A DNA stretch of 64,000 nucleotides from Macrostomum lignano (GCA_002269645.1 NIVC01000716.1:145426-209425), one strand, 5' to 3'. Shown: positions 37,139-51,745, counted from the first letter of the stretch. Notes: generated by a model not told the origin, from the letters alone. Numbers and translations: made by a program.

Positions 37139-37453
37139 TGTAGTACACCTTAATTTCGTAATTTAAATTGGTGCCAACTCGAGGCGTGTGTTAAGTAAAG
37201 CAAAGTAATCGCATCGCAATGTAATAATACTCGTATATTTTCGTTTCGTTCAATACTTTATATTCGTAACTTTATATCAGCTGAATTTCATCGCCTTAGC
37301 TCGATGGTGAATCTAATAAATGCTGAATCATAGCTCGAACTGTTACTGGCTATGCTTTAGAGTGTGCCTAGTAAGCAGGCAGCTGTGCAAGCTTGTGATT
37401 GGGCGGTAAAGGCTCAAAGTCAAATTTAGTGTCCTGCCTCCGTTCCTGTTACA
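37139..37453 (+). repeat. 5' LTR (315 bp)
   Basis: TGTAGTACA...CTGTTACA; appears identical to 43385-43699 by eye; AATAAA inside. Confidence 0.96.
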
Positions 37454-37455
37454 TT

Positions 37456-37473
37456 TGGCGACCACGCCAGGAC
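37456..37473 (+). promoter_or_regulatory. Primer-binding site, probably tRNA-Arg(TCG)
   Basis: TGGCGACCACGCCAGGAC 2 nt after the LTR; complementary to the 3' end of metazoan tRNA-Arg-TCG as I recall it (...GTCCTGCCGTGGTCGCCA). Confidence 0.8.
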
Positions 37474-37525
37474 GAATTTCTTCATAGCAATAAAAGACCG
37501 AAGGTTGCACCTGTCATCGATCATC

Positions 37526-40500
37526 ATGTGGTCAGAACGTGAGGCAGAAGAGCCTCAACGGCTAAGACTGAGAAATCGCGATATTTTACGTCCGACCGCT
37601 GCGGCTACGGCTTACACCTCTTCGTCAACCAGTGAGCCAGAATCCGAACGGGAGGCGAACTGGCGGCGCTATCAAGAGCTTCGTGACCTCGATCCTGTGC
37701 AAATCTCTGTCGATGAAGCACGCTGCTGTCAGTCTCAAGTGCCAGTGCCCCCCGGGCCCGGCCAACCGTCAACGAACTACATGGAGACGGGAGACTCATT
37801 CCTGCTGGACACCAGGCCTTCCGCGGCAGCTGCGGCAGCTGCAGTGACACATCCACCAAGACCCTCTGTGCACCGTATGGCCGAACCATGGGCTCCGTTG
37901 CTCCAAGGCGGATCTCACCCTGGCGCTGGCGACCGCAACCTGTGCGCACCGGTATATCAACAAGCAATCCAGCTTCCGTCGGTGCCGAAGCCGGCGCCCT
38001 TCAACGGATCCGAACCGTTCGATGACTTTCTGGGTCGAGTGTCTTCGTATTTAAGCCGGCACCAAGGACTGAGTGACTACAGCAAGATCAACACGCTCAG
38101 CAGTTACCTGGGACCAGCATTCGCTACCTACGAGGTCTGGCTCTACCAACTGTGCGCGCAGCATGGACAGCCCGTTGGGACTTCACTGCAGTTCCTGCCA
38201 GGTGCCCGCTATGAAGATCTCCTGCAGCACCTTCGCGCTCGTCATGGCGGTGCCACCAGCACTGCACTACTTCGGCGCGAGCTTCACAGCCGGTGCCGGG
38301 GCAGGGACGAGAGGTTCGAGGATTTTCTGACTGCCCTCCAGCGACTCGCGTTCAAGGCCTACCCAGAGCTCGGTGCTCAAGACTGTCGCCAGCAGACTGT
38401 GCTTGAGCGGTTCATTCAAGGGCTGAACGACAACTACGTGACGGAGCGGCTGCTTAATATGCAGCTGCCTCTGACTACACCGGATCAGGCCCTGCACTAT
38501 GCCCAGCAAGTGCGCGAGACCCGGCAGATAATGAATTCCCAGTCGCAGCACCACAGCGCCGAGGCGTCAGCTCCAGCGGCACCGGCTCAGTCAACACCGA
38601 CAGGAACCCGACCGCAGCATGGGCCACAGACGACACAACATCACCAGCCAGCGGCTCATCGAGCGCAGACAGCCCCAGCGCCACCATGGAGATCAGCTGA
38701 CGCCGCTGCACATCAACAGCAGCAGCCTAGGGCGGTGCCCATCTGCTACGGCTGCCATCAGCCTGGCCACATCCGCCGGAGGTGCCCAAACGCTGGGGGG
38801 GGGGGCTGGTCCAATGGGCCAGCACCGGCCCTCTCAGCACTAAGCAGTTCGGCCCAGCCCCCACGCCCCAGCTGCCAGCCCGACCAAGTGCGCTTCATCA
38901 CCTCGCGCATGCTCAGAAAACGCCGGCCGTGCATGATCGACACCGGTGCCGAGATCTCCTGCATAAACGGCGACATCGTGCACTCGGCCAGGCTCAGGCG
39001 GCAGCTGAGACCCAGCTCAACAACCATCTATGGCGTGGGCGGCAATCAAGCAACAGTGCTGGGCGAAATTGAGATAAGTTTTTTTCTTGGTCCGCTTCAT
39101 TTTCGACACAGATTCCTGGCAGTGACCTGCCTCAGCGCACCGGTAATTCTGGGCTGCGACTTCCTAAACAAATTTGACATTTCGATTCACCTGAGATCAG
39201 GCATTCTCGAGTTCAACGGCCTCGGCGTCACCTTGCCAATGCGGACATCCAGGCAGGCGGCCCAGACTTGCAAGCTGGCAGCGGCAGCCACGGTTCGACT
39301 GCAGCCAGGCGATGGCTGGATCATTCCGGTGCGGCCAGCGAGCGCGGCAGCGTGGACGAACTCGGAGGCACCAGGCGTTGTCTGCGGCAGCAAGGCGGCC
39401 AAAGTGATGATCGGCCGCAGCGTGTCCAAGCTGGTTGACCACGGAATGGGGGTTGCTGTCATCAACACCAGAGATGAGACAGTCGAGATCAAGGAGGGCG
39501 ACATCGTCGGCAACTTCAACCCGCTGTCTGGCCGAGCCCTGGCGCACCTGCAAGCCGGAGGATCTGGTGATGCCAGCGAGGCAGATCCGACTACTGCAAC
39601 GACCTGGCAGGACGAGGTGCAAATCGCCGATGACATCCCAACCGAGGAGCGGCAGCAAGTCGAACGCCTTCTGCTGGAGTTCAGTGACGTATTCGCGAGC
39701 CCCAGCAACCCAGGCCGCACCCAATTGTTAAAGCACGAGATCGACACAGGCAACGCCAGGCCAATTCGCCAAGGACTGCGGCGCCTGGCTCCCACAGCGA
39801 TCGCACAGCAGAAGGAGCTGGTCAACGAGATGCTGGCAAAGGGAGTCGTCCGACCATCGTCATCACCTTGGGCATCTCCGATAGTTCTGGTTCGCAAGAA
39901 GGACGGGTCGGCCAGATTTTGCTTGGACTACCGCCTGCTGAACGCGGTGACCAAGCCCGATGCCTTCCCGATGCCCCGCATCGATGACACTCTGGATGCC
40001 CTCGAAGGAAACAGCTACTTCTCAGCGCTGGATCTCGAAAGTGGCTACTGGCAAGTCGAGATGAATGACCGAGACAAGGAGAAGACGGCATTTGTGTGCC
40101 ATGAAGGCCTGTTTGAATTCAACGTGATGCCGTTCGGACTCCGGAATGCACCAGCCACCTTTCAGCGGCTCATGCAGCTGGTGCTCCGGGGGCTGACGTG
40201 GCAGGCCTGTCTGGTGTTCATTGACGACGTCATCGTGATGGGCCAGACCATCGGCCAGCACAACGATCGGCTGCGTTCAGTTCTGGAGCGACTGCGCGAG
40301 TTTAACCTGCGCCTCAAGCCGTCAAAGTGCCGATTTGCAAATACCAGCATGTTAGTCCTGGGCCACCGCGTCAGCAAGACCGGCATCACCGTCGATGAGG
40401 GCAAAACCGCGGCTGTGCGAGACTGGCCGGTGCCCCGGAGCTCGAAGGACGTCAAGAGCTTCCTCGGCATGACCTCCTACTACCGAAGATTTGTGCGCGA

Positions 40501-42709
40501 ATACGCCAATATCGCCGAGCCTCTGCGCCGCCTTACACTGCCTACGCCCTTCGAGTGGACGCCAGAAGCCGAGGCGGCCTTCAACCAGCTGAAGCAAGCG
40601 CTGCTGTCAGCTCCGATCCTGGCGTTCCCGGACATGAGCGAGTCGGGCTCCGAATTCATCCTCGACACCGACGCAAGTGACTGCGCAATCGGCGCGGTGC
40701 TGTCGCAAGTGCAGGCGAGCGAAGAGCGGGTTATCGCCTACGCCAGCCGCGCCCTGTCAAGAGCTGAGCGCAACTACTGCGTGACGCGGCGCGAGCTCCT
40801 GGCTGTTGTCGAGTTTGTTAAGAAGTTCCGGAGCTACCTGCTGCCGCGCGCCTTCACCGTTCGAGTGGATCACCAGGCGCTCACCTATCTGCTGGCATTC
40901 AAAGAGCCCGAAGGCCAGCTGGCCAGATGGCTGCAGCTGCTCGATGAGTTCAACTTCAAGGTCGTCTTTCGCCGAGGCCGCCAACACGGCAACGCAGACG
41001 CCCTCTCTCGGCGAGAGCAAAAGTGCACCAGCCAGTGTCGAGTCTGTCGGCCAGGGACGACAGCGGTGGCGCCAGCCGAGACTTCAACAGCCGCCTGCCA
41101 GACGGAGCCGACGGTCGAGGCGCCAGTGCCAATCGCGGAGCCTGCTGGCCGGGTCGACACAGTCAGAGTCAACTCCGTGCAAACCAACGCAGCGACATCA
41201 GCGCCGGCTACCTCTGCGGCTGCCCAGACCAACGCCGAGCCGGAACGTCAGGGCACCTCAAGGCGGAAGCAGCAGCTTCAACCGCGGCCAAGCGAGAGCG
41301 AGGACTCCAGCGAAGACGAAATCAGCGACGAGGCCATTCAGGAAGGCGAGGCGCTGTCAGATGCGTCTCAGTCACTGCGTGAACTGCAGCTCCGTGATCC
41401 AGACATCGGCCCGGTGTTTCGCCTGCTGTCCAACGGCAAGACAAGGTTCAGCGCCAGCAGACGTGACCGACTGTCGCCTGAGAGCCTAATTCTGGCACAG
41501 AAGATCGGCGACCTGTGTTTCGTCGACGGCGCCCTGAACAAGCTGGTGAAGTCCAAGCCTGTGCCTGTGATTCCGCGCTGCAGACAGGAGGAGTTCATCG
41601 AGGAGGTCCATGAGCTTGGGCATCTGGGCGAGGACAAGACCTTGGCAGCCCTCAAGCAGCGTTGCTACTGGCCGAAAATGGCGGAGAGCGTTCGCCTAGC
41701 GGTCAGGTCCTGCGCTAAGACACCGAGTCAGCGCCGAGCTCCACTGCAGACTATGGCCAGTGGATTTCCTATGCAGCGCGTGGGCATCGACGTGGTCAAA
41801 GTTGGACTGTCACGGCGGGGAAACGATCGGCTGCTCACCATTGTCGACTACTTCACCAAGTGGGTCGAGCTGGTGCCACTCCCCGACGAGAAAGCGGCCA
41901 CCATCGCCAAGGCACTGTTCGACAACTGGGTGACGCGTTTCGGAGCCCCGCACATTCTGCACTCCGACCGTGGCAAGGCCGTGGACGGAAAGGTAATCAG
42001 GAGCCTGTGCCGGCTTCTGGAGATTCAGAAGACGCGGACATCCGGCTACCATCCGCAGTGCGACGGCCTAGTAGAAAGGTTCCACCGCACTCTGCACCAG
42101 ATGCTCCGCTGCCACCTGCAGTCAGTCCAGCCGGAGGACTGGGAAGAAGTGCTGCCGCATTGTCTCTTGGCCTACCGCAGCAGCGTCAATGCTACAACCG
42201 GGTTTACTCCTCACTGCCTGCTGACTGGCCGGGAAATGACGCTTCCAGTTGACGTCGTCTACCGGCCACCGGAGCCGCCAATGACAGTCGGCCAGTTCGC
42301 CGCCAACAACCGCGACCAGCTGCTTCGCGCCTACGACTCCGTGCGGCGATCGATGGCGACGGCACAACGACGCCAGCGGCGGTACTACGACCGTAAGGCC
42401 AAGCGGTGCAGATTCCGGGTCGGCGACCTCGTATGGGTTTTCGTTCCGCCGTCGGCGCTTTCAAGGACGACTGGACTGGCTCCGAAACACCAGGCGCCCT
42501 GGACCGGCCCGTTCCGGGTGCTGCAGCGAACGTCGCCGGTGAACTACCTGGTTCGTCCTATCGATTACAAGGACGGCGACACCGGTCGGGTGGTCCACGC
42601 AAACAAGCTGAAACGTGCGCACCAGCCCCGCGCTCCCGACCCGGCGCGGAGTGAGGCGACCAGCGACTGCAGCAGCGAAGTTCTTGACGATGGCTGGGTC
42701 CTAGTGTGA
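37526..42709 (+). CDS. gag-pol: Gypsy Gag-Pol polyprotein (1727 aa from first ATG)
   Basis: Gag (FNGSEPFDDF, LERFIQGL), CCHC knuckle CYGCHQPGHIRRRC, protease IDTGAEIS, RT (WASPIVLV, MPFGLRNAPATFQR, FIDD), RNase H (DTDASDCAIGAVL, RRELLAVV), integrase (GIDVV, HSDRG, DGLVERFHRTL), GPY/F (WTGPFRV). Confidence 0.97.
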   Translation: MWSEREAEEPQRLRLRNRDILRPTAAATAYTSSSTSEPESEREANWRRYQELRDLDPVQISVDEARCCQSQVPVPPGPGQPSTNYMETGDSFLLDTRPSAAAAAAAVTHPPRPSVHRMAEPWAPLLQGGSHPGAGDRNLCAPVYQQAIQLPSVPKPAPFNGSEPFDDFLGRVSSYLSRHQGLSDYSKINTLSSYLGPAFATYEVWLYQLCAQHGQPVGTSLQFLPGARYEDLLQHLRARHGGATSTALLRRELHSRCRGRDERFEDFLTALQRLAFKAYPELGAQDCRQQTVLERFIQGLNDNYVTERLLNMQLPLTTPDQALHYAQQVRETRQIMNSQSQHHSAEASAPAAPAQSTPTGTRPQHGPQTTQHHQPAAHRAQTAPAPPWRSADAAAHQQQQPRAVPICYGCHQPGHIRRRCPNAGGGGWSNGPAPALSALSSSAQPPRPSCQPDQVRFITSRMLRKRRPCMIDTGAEISCINGDIVHSARLRRQLRPSSTTIYGVGGNQATVLGEIEISFFLGPLHFRHRFLAVTCLSAPVILGCDFLNKFDISIHLRSGILEFNGLGVTLPMRTSRQAAQTCKLAAAATVRLQPGDGWIIPVRPASAAAWTNSEAPGVVCGSKAAKVMIGRSVSKLVDHGMGVAVINTRDETVEIKEGDIVGNFNPLSGRALAHLQAGGSGDASEADPTTATTWQDEVQIADDIPTEERQQVERLLLEFSDVFASPSNPGRTQLLKHEIDTGNARPIRQGLRRLAPTAIAQQKELVNEMLAKGVVRPSSSPWASPIVLVRKKDGSARFCLDYRLLNAVTKPDAFPMPRIDDTLDALEGNSYFSALDLESGYWQVEMNDRDKEKTAFVCHEGLFEFNVMPFGLRNAPATFQRLMQLVLRGLTWQACLVFIDDVIVMGQTIGQHNDRLRSVLERLREFNLRLKPSKCRFANTSMLVLGHRVSKTGITVDEGKTAAVRDWPVPRSSKDVKSFLGMTSYYRRFVREYANIAEPLRRLTLPTPFEWTPEAEAAFNQLKQALLSAPILAFPDMSESGSEFILDTDASDCAIGAVLSQVQASEERVIAYASRALSRAERNYCVTRRELLAVVEFVKKFRSYLLPRAFTVRVDHQALTYLLAFKEPEGQLARWLQLLDEFNFKVVFRRGRQHGNADALSRREQKCTSQCRVCRPGTTAVAPAETSTAACQTEPTVEAPVPIAEPAGRVDTVRVNSVQTNAATSAPATSAAAQTNAEPERQGTSRRKQQLQPRPSESEDSSEDEISDEAIQEGEALSDASQSLRELQLRDPDIGPVFRLLSNGKTRFSASRRDRLSPESLILAQKIGDLCFVDGALNKLVKSKPVPVIPRCRQEEFIEEVHELGHLGEDKTLAALKQRCYWPKMAESVRLAVRSCAKTPSQRRAPLQTMASGFPMQRVGIDVVKVGLSRRGNDRLLTIVDYFTKWVELVPLPDEKAATIAKALFDNWVTRFGAPHILHSDRGKAVDGKVIRSLCRLLEIQKTRTSGYHPQCDGLVERFHRTLHQMLRCHLQSVQPEDWEEVLPHCLLAYRSSVNATTGFTPHCLLTGREMTLPVDVVYRPPEPPMTVGQFAANNRDQLLRAYDSVRRSMATAQRRQRRYYDRKAKRCRFRVGDLVWVFVPPSALSRTTGLAPKHQAPWTGPFRVLQRTSPVNYLVRPIDYKDGDTGRVVHANKLKRAHQPRAPDPARSEATSDCSSEVLDDGWVLV

Positions 42710-43373
42710 GTCTGACAATCTTTTTTGCCGATTTCTGCGACCTGCGCAGTTTGTGCTTGAGTTGTGCATTTGTGCGCTGTTCCAGCAGAGCTGCATTTGC
42801 GTATCACTTGGCTGAGTATTTTTTGCGTCTAATTTGTTTTTAAGATTCAAATCCGCTGTCTTTTCGAGTTTTAATCAGTTTTGGTTTTCGAGTTCCAGGC
42901 CGGTGCTTTATATATTCCCTTATATAATAAATCGCATTTTGCTATCAAAATATTTATTTTCGATTTCAACAATATTTTCTAAATTCAAAAAAATTGGTAA
43001 ATTTTCGCGTTGAAGTGAATATTGCATTTTTATTCCGCATTGACATAATTGTTCGATTTTTAGCATCCGTTAGGGTATGTGCGTTGATCATCATCCGATA
43101 TTCTATTAAATTAGACTCGAGCATTTTCGTTCCGCGTTATGTTCAAATTGCATTGGTGAACTCCTAAATTGCTGTGGTTGAAGAATTTTGCCGCTATTTT
43201 TGAAGTTGGTTTTTTTAACTTTTGCTCATACGCGATCGATTCGATCCTTTAGTGTCCGTCTTGTGAGCGTGCATTGAACGCAACTTGTATTGTTTCAAAG
43301 AAATATTTTCATAAAGTAGATTTTGTTCGAACTGTCAATTTTCAGCGCAATGGGGACATTGTTTTTTTTTCGC

Positions 43374-43384
43374 GAGGGGGGTAG
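43374..43384 (+). promoter_or_regulatory. Polypurine tract
   Basis: GAGGGGGGTAG immediately before the 3' LTR. Confidence 0.85.
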
Positions 43385-43699
43385 TGTAGTACACCTTAAT
43401 TTCGTAATTTAAATTGGTGCCAACTCGAGGCGTGTGTTAAGTAAAGCAAAGTAATCGCATCGCAATGTAATAATACTCGTATATTTTCGTTTCGTTCAAT
43501 ACTTTATATTCGTAACTTTATATCAGCTGAATTTCATCGCCTTAGCTCGATGGTGAATCTAATAAATGCTGAATCATAGCTCGAACTGTTACTGGCTATG
43601 CTTTAGAGTGTGCCTAGTAAGCAGGCAGCTGTGCAAGCTTGTGATTGGGCGGTAAAGGCTCAAAGTCAAATTTAGTGTCCTGCCTCCGTTCCTGTTACA
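43385..43699 (+). repeat. 3' LTR (315 bp)
   Basis: Direct repeat of 37139-37453. Confidence 0.96.
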
Positions 43700-44356
43700 C
43701 TGTTATAAATTGAAAATAGATAGCATACACAACAGTATCTTAAAGGAATGCTAGTAAAAATAATTTTATTTGTAAAAAAGCTAAGAGATTCTTAAAACTC
43801 TAATTAAATCTTAGGTTTTATCCGACAGTTGAAAATTACCTAGTTACTGTGTTAAAATGTGTTGTACGCTTCGTCATAGTTTTTCGACTTCCAATTTGTA
43901 GATAGCAATTATTGTCACGTTTCATCATCTTATTTTATAGACAAAATAGTTGCTGAATACAAACGTACCACAGTATCTTTTCTCATCCTAAGATCGCACT
44001 ACTTTCAAAACAAGTGCAATTGTGCTAAGTCCACTTTTTAGTTTAATCAAGTTTGTTCTTAGCCTAGTACTTTTTGCACTATCCAAGAACTCTCAACTCT
44101 GGTGGACAAGCTCTATTATATAGTAATATAGACATACTATATAGGCCTAGATAGGAATTATAATACTCATAAGTTTTAGTGCAGTGCTTACTTAGAGACT
44201 ACTGTTGTTGACTGTAAGTCTGTAAAGTTTTTAGGAGAATTTTAATTACCTTAGATTAGATATATTCATTCCTTCTTTTAACTCTTCAATATTTGGAATT
44301 AAGGTTCTGTGTAAATAATTTTGGACGCTGAAAATTTTTACAATATTATGTATAGA

Positions 44357-46761
<2,405 letters not shown>

Positions 46762-49700
46762 GTGAGAATGTTGCAAACTTAATTGCTTGCGGCCGCAACA
46801 CCATCCTGTGCCTAGAACTATCATATGCAGAGAGACAGTGGGGGTTTTATCAAAAAGAACGATCTTTTATGCATACAATTCAACATTTCCACTTTTTCTA
46901 TCTACCCCTATCTCAACGCGCGCAGATGCTGTGAATATTGTACTTATGGATTTGACTATTTACTATTTTGATCCTCAACATATTTCTCAGAGTAAAGAAT
47001 AAATATTTTTTGCGAGTACGTAAATGGAAATTTTTAGAATGTCCTCAAAATTGCCGTTCATGTACTGCTGTACTTTGCCTTACTGCAAATTTCCTCTTGC
47101 ACGCCTGACATGCAGACCTGTTATTTTTACTCAATTGTTATTTAGCGTCGTCGAAATTTTATAATTTTATTTAATAGTTTTCGCAGACTTTGAGTTTACT
47201 GTATGTTTGCAATGTACTTTACATGTAGTTTTATTGTCATGCTCACACCAAGAGCAGCTTCCTACTCAATTACTGTTGTCTGTCTACTATAGCTCAAGTC
47301 ACCTTAAATGGCTTAGCCATAGCCTTACACATTTACAATTTCAATTGCTTAGATCATTACGTTTTTCAAGCAGATTACGTGTAGTTAATATTTTTCTAAT
47401 ATAAAATGCTTATCGCGATATTTCTGCACGAAATGACTGTCAGAAGTAATGACTATCATGCAGACGCAGTGTACATAAATTTTGATTGCCTTTATCAATT
47501 TTGATGGGGATCTAGGATTGTGCTGCATGCACCTATCGTTCTGGATTTGTGTCAGCTGTGCATTGCACATTTTTTTTGTTAGTGGGAAAAAGAAGTTACG
47601 AGTATACTGCATGTTTTTTTCTTTTGAGAAATTAAACAATTTACAGTACAGATGTATCAGTATGAGCTTACTTGTACGTTGGTATACTTCTAAGATTTAA
47701 AAAATCAGAGCTATGGATTGAACCAAAATCCGTGCATCATTATCGAGATATCCACGCACTCTATTTATATATCGAGTTATAGACGCATATAATTACTCAA
47801 AAGCTAACAGCTAACAATAGACTGCGCCTTATAATATAGCCTTGTGAGCGTAAAGTTGCACAAGTCTTTCTCTCGCCTACGCATACATACACGCACATGT
47901 ACGCACTTATAATAGTTAAAAATATTATGTAATTTGCATTTCTAGGTTTTATAGTTTATGCCAGCAAACCTTGGATTATAAATCAGAAGATATTTTATAT
48001 ATCTTTGTTTTAAAATTCAAAACGAATTCAATAATATTTTAAAGTTACAAAACTACGAAACTAAGCGTTTTCCTAGAATGCAGTGGCCTTGATATGGACC
48101 CGGCGATATGTATACATGTTCAGAAAAGCTATTTTTGCAATATAAACTCTTAAAAACCCTTAAACCTATCAAAACATCTAATGAAAAGCATCCACTCAAT
48201 AAATAGGGCAAGGCAATGCTGCCTCTGCTATGATGGTGACATAGGCCTAACTAGGAAATGCAATCCCGGGATTTTGGTTAGGCCTAAATACTTGCATTCT
48301 AAATTCCAGGATCACAGTTGTCTGGGATTTGAAAATTCTGGGATTATCCATTGGCCAGGATAGAATCTTTGCATGGCGATTTAGGAACAAAGTTGCGCGC
48401 CATTTTTTGCACAAGTTTTTTGTTTGGTCGCTTTTTTCTGGGGTAGGCCTATATTATATACAGACTGTTCTGTTCCGAACTATTGGGCTAGGCAAGATCT
48501 ATCAAACAAGGAAGAACTAAAAACTAAGAAGGGAACAACTTAATAAGGCCACTGACACTGATGAAGCTGATATTCTTCTTTAATAGTATCAGAAAAAGAA
48601 GGCTGCTTTAACTGCTGTTGCTGAAAGGAAAATTGAATAAAGATGCTGAGAAAATACAATAGCTATTGCAAAGGCTGCTTGCTAGTGACTGAGACTTGTT
48701 CATTGTTGTGATTTGCAGCATCTTTGAACTTCCACTTTTGATGGCCATATGACCCAATAGACAAAATTTTGAATTTCATTTAGGCCTACCTGAATATATA
48801 TGTCTAGGCCTATTTATGCCTGTTTAGGCCTACCTATGGCTATGCTTTTGACTAAATAGAAATCACCATTACCCATACATAGATCATATATTCTTTAAAT
48901 AGGCCACTCTGTGTACTTAACCATACCTATAGACCTAGTATATTTCTAAAATTAAAATTTAGTGACCATTATTTACTTTTAATTTGAGCAATTAGTGCAT
49001 ATATTTTTGTGCTATGTTTGTCTTAAATAATGTTTGAATAGTAAGTGGCCTATCTAAAGAATATATAATCTATGCCCTTACCTCTTTAGAAATTGGCTAT
49101 AAGCCTCATTAGGAATCACACTTTCATTAGCATCTTATATTAGCAAATATTGGCTTGCAAATTTTATTAAAGTTATCAATTGAAATAATAAATATATTAA
49201 TTAAAAATATATATAATTACACATATATAGCTGATGCAAAAACATTTATAACTATTAAAAAACATACTTTTAGGATATCTTTTCAGATTTTTGCAACAAA
49301 AAGCTTTTTTTTTCTCAAATCACTATGGTCAGGAAGGTTCGCCATAGGCCTATGCGCCGCAACAAATCCTTTATAATTTTTTTAACTGTGCACCATGTGC
49401 CAAAATATTTATGTATTCACATATATAATTTTATGTTTTTTTAATTTTTCGCTTTTAGTTTGAAAAAAGCAATGATTGTTGTAATATTTTTTAGGTACAG
49501 ATATAATGTTACCATAATTTAAAAAAACTTTTTGTGCCATTTTAAATTTTAAAAAGCAAGTTTATCATTTTGTTTCATTTTTTACATGTGAACTAAGAAG
49601 TTAATACAGTATAGACTACACTAGGTAAGATGCTTTGTGCATTATATGTGCACACACGATGCACAAATCATAATAAATTTTCTTCTGCACCATGTGCGCC

Positions 49701-51420
49701 ATGTGCACCAAAAAATCCTCTGTGCGCCACAATTTTGCGTGAAATCTACCACCTTCTTACTGTGGCCAAATCATAATATAATAGAAATATAGCCCTTTTA
49801 TTATTATTTTAGGCCTATTAGTAGGGGGTCCAGTGAGATTAAAAATTTTTTTAATCCAAAATTTTTACCATGCCATGTAGCCCTGGGTGTTATGAGTAAA
49901 AGGACACCAAACTTTTGACAATTGATCAAGTAATAAAAAAGTTATAAAGTTTTTTGTTTTAAAAATGGTGCTTTTTCCCTATCTCAAAAACACTGAAAAC
50001 TGTGCCATTTTTGGGCAAAAAAGCATGTTGTTTGCAATAAAATGTCTGTAACTTTTTTATTTCATAATAAATTTTTGTGTTTGAGGTGTTATTTTATAGA
50101 TTTTTGTTTCCACAATATTTTATGATATTTTTGTACATATATTACTATTCTATTTCTCTAAATATCTAGGGATTAGGACAAGAGATAAAAAAAAATTGCA
50201 GGAGTATCATTCTTTGGCTTTGCCATGGTATACTTTCCATTTACCTTATTTTTATTGCTTTCATATCAAAGTAATACTTGTATACAATAATTAGTAAGAT
50301 TCTTGACTTCCTACTGTAAGTAGTATGCAAATGATTGACCATTATTTCCATGAAAATGGGTCTTCCAAAGTACCATTCTAGATGTCAATGCTGTCTATAA
50401 ATCTATGTAGCTTACATCAATCTTAACCTGTTGAAAATGATAATGTGACAAAAGTCACTAAAAAGTTATTGCAAACAACTCTAATTCTTGATGAAAAAGT
50501 TGTCCAAGAATTGTTTTGTTGACTTCTACTAACTCAGTAGGCTAGTTAGAGTTCAAAAGGATTGAGTTCAATTAACTTTCTATTCAAAAGTTATGGCCAT
50601 TTTAAATTTTACATGTAAATATAAAATACCTAAGTTATCTACAACCCAATGCACTTATGCACTTATTTACCAAAAAAATGAATTCTCCTGGCCCCATATT
50701 TTCATGCAAATTTGGCACAGTTTTGAAAATGTATGAAAATGTATGCAATGTTTGACAATATGTATCTTTGTAATCTAAATATACTAAATCTCTAATCCTA
50801 TATACTAAAAATGTGATGTTTATATATATATATATGTGTGATAGATTAGAGAAAAAAACGGCTTAATCGATTTTCATGAGACCTGCACTGTTCAATCAGA
50901 AATTTTCCTGTGATGGTACATGTGTTCTGGCTAAGAAATTGGTCAATGCTAAAGGGATTAAATATTCAAAAAACATGCTTTTTTTGCAAAGGTCAAACAA
51001 ACTTTTTGACTTGAAATGCATTGCAAGAATGTTAGAGAAAAAACTGACTGGTTGAATTCTGATTCTGAAATAGATTGCATCATAACTGAATTTGTAACTC
51101 TGTCTTGAATTGCATCACAGTATTGAAAATTCAGTGTGGAAGCGTAGCACCAAACTTGATTTAGATTGCGTAACCATATTGTTAACTGAAACTGACTGAC
51201 TGAGAAATTGATTATGTCATAACTGCCTTGTGTGATTTACTCTATGCTTGGAGTTTGAAACTGTTGAATTATATATAAGTGCGTAAATTCATGTTATCAA
51301 AAATGATGAGAGCTAGCCTAGAGGTGAACAGACTGAACTGCCAAATGCAGGGACAATGGTTCAAATTTTTAGAGAGAAGTTTTTTTAATTAAAGCTTTTT
51401 AATGACAATAGAAATACAAA

Positions 51421-51745
51421 AACATAGAAGTGTCATGTAAAAAATCATAGAAGTGTCATGTAAACAATCATAAAAGTGTCCTGTTAAAATCATAGAAGTG
51501 TCATGAAAAAATCATAGAAGCGCATGTAAAAAATCATAGAAGCATCATGTAAACAATCATAGAAGCATCATATAAAAACAATCATAGAAGCGTCATGTAA
51601 AAAATCATAGAAGTGTCATGTAAAAAATCATAGAAGCGTCATGTAAACAATCATAGAAGCGTCATGTAAAAAATCATAGAAGTGTCATGTAAAAAATCAT
51701 AGAAGCGTCATGTAAAAAATCATAGAAGCGTCATGTAAAAATCAT
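51421..51745. repeat. 22-23-bp minisatellite (AAAAAATCATAGAAGCGTCATGT)n
   Basis: Direct; related short copy at ~52970-53020. Confidence 0.92.

Larger units (their letters stand above)
37139..43699 (+). mobile_element. Full-length Ty3/Gypsy LTR retrotransposon (6561 bp)
   Basis: TG...CA 315-bp LTRs, PBS, PPT, 4-bp TSD CTGT (37135-37138 and 43700-43703), single gag-pol ORF in PR-RT-RH-IN order. Confidence 0.97.

Noticed and set aside
42710-43384. env-like third ORF in the retrotransposon
   Set aside because: AT-rich 675-bp 3' untranslated region with no sizeable ORF
47000-51400. Short AT-rich ORFs and possible DNA-transposon remnants
   Set aside because: No recognisable motifs, TIR pairs or TSDs could be delimited
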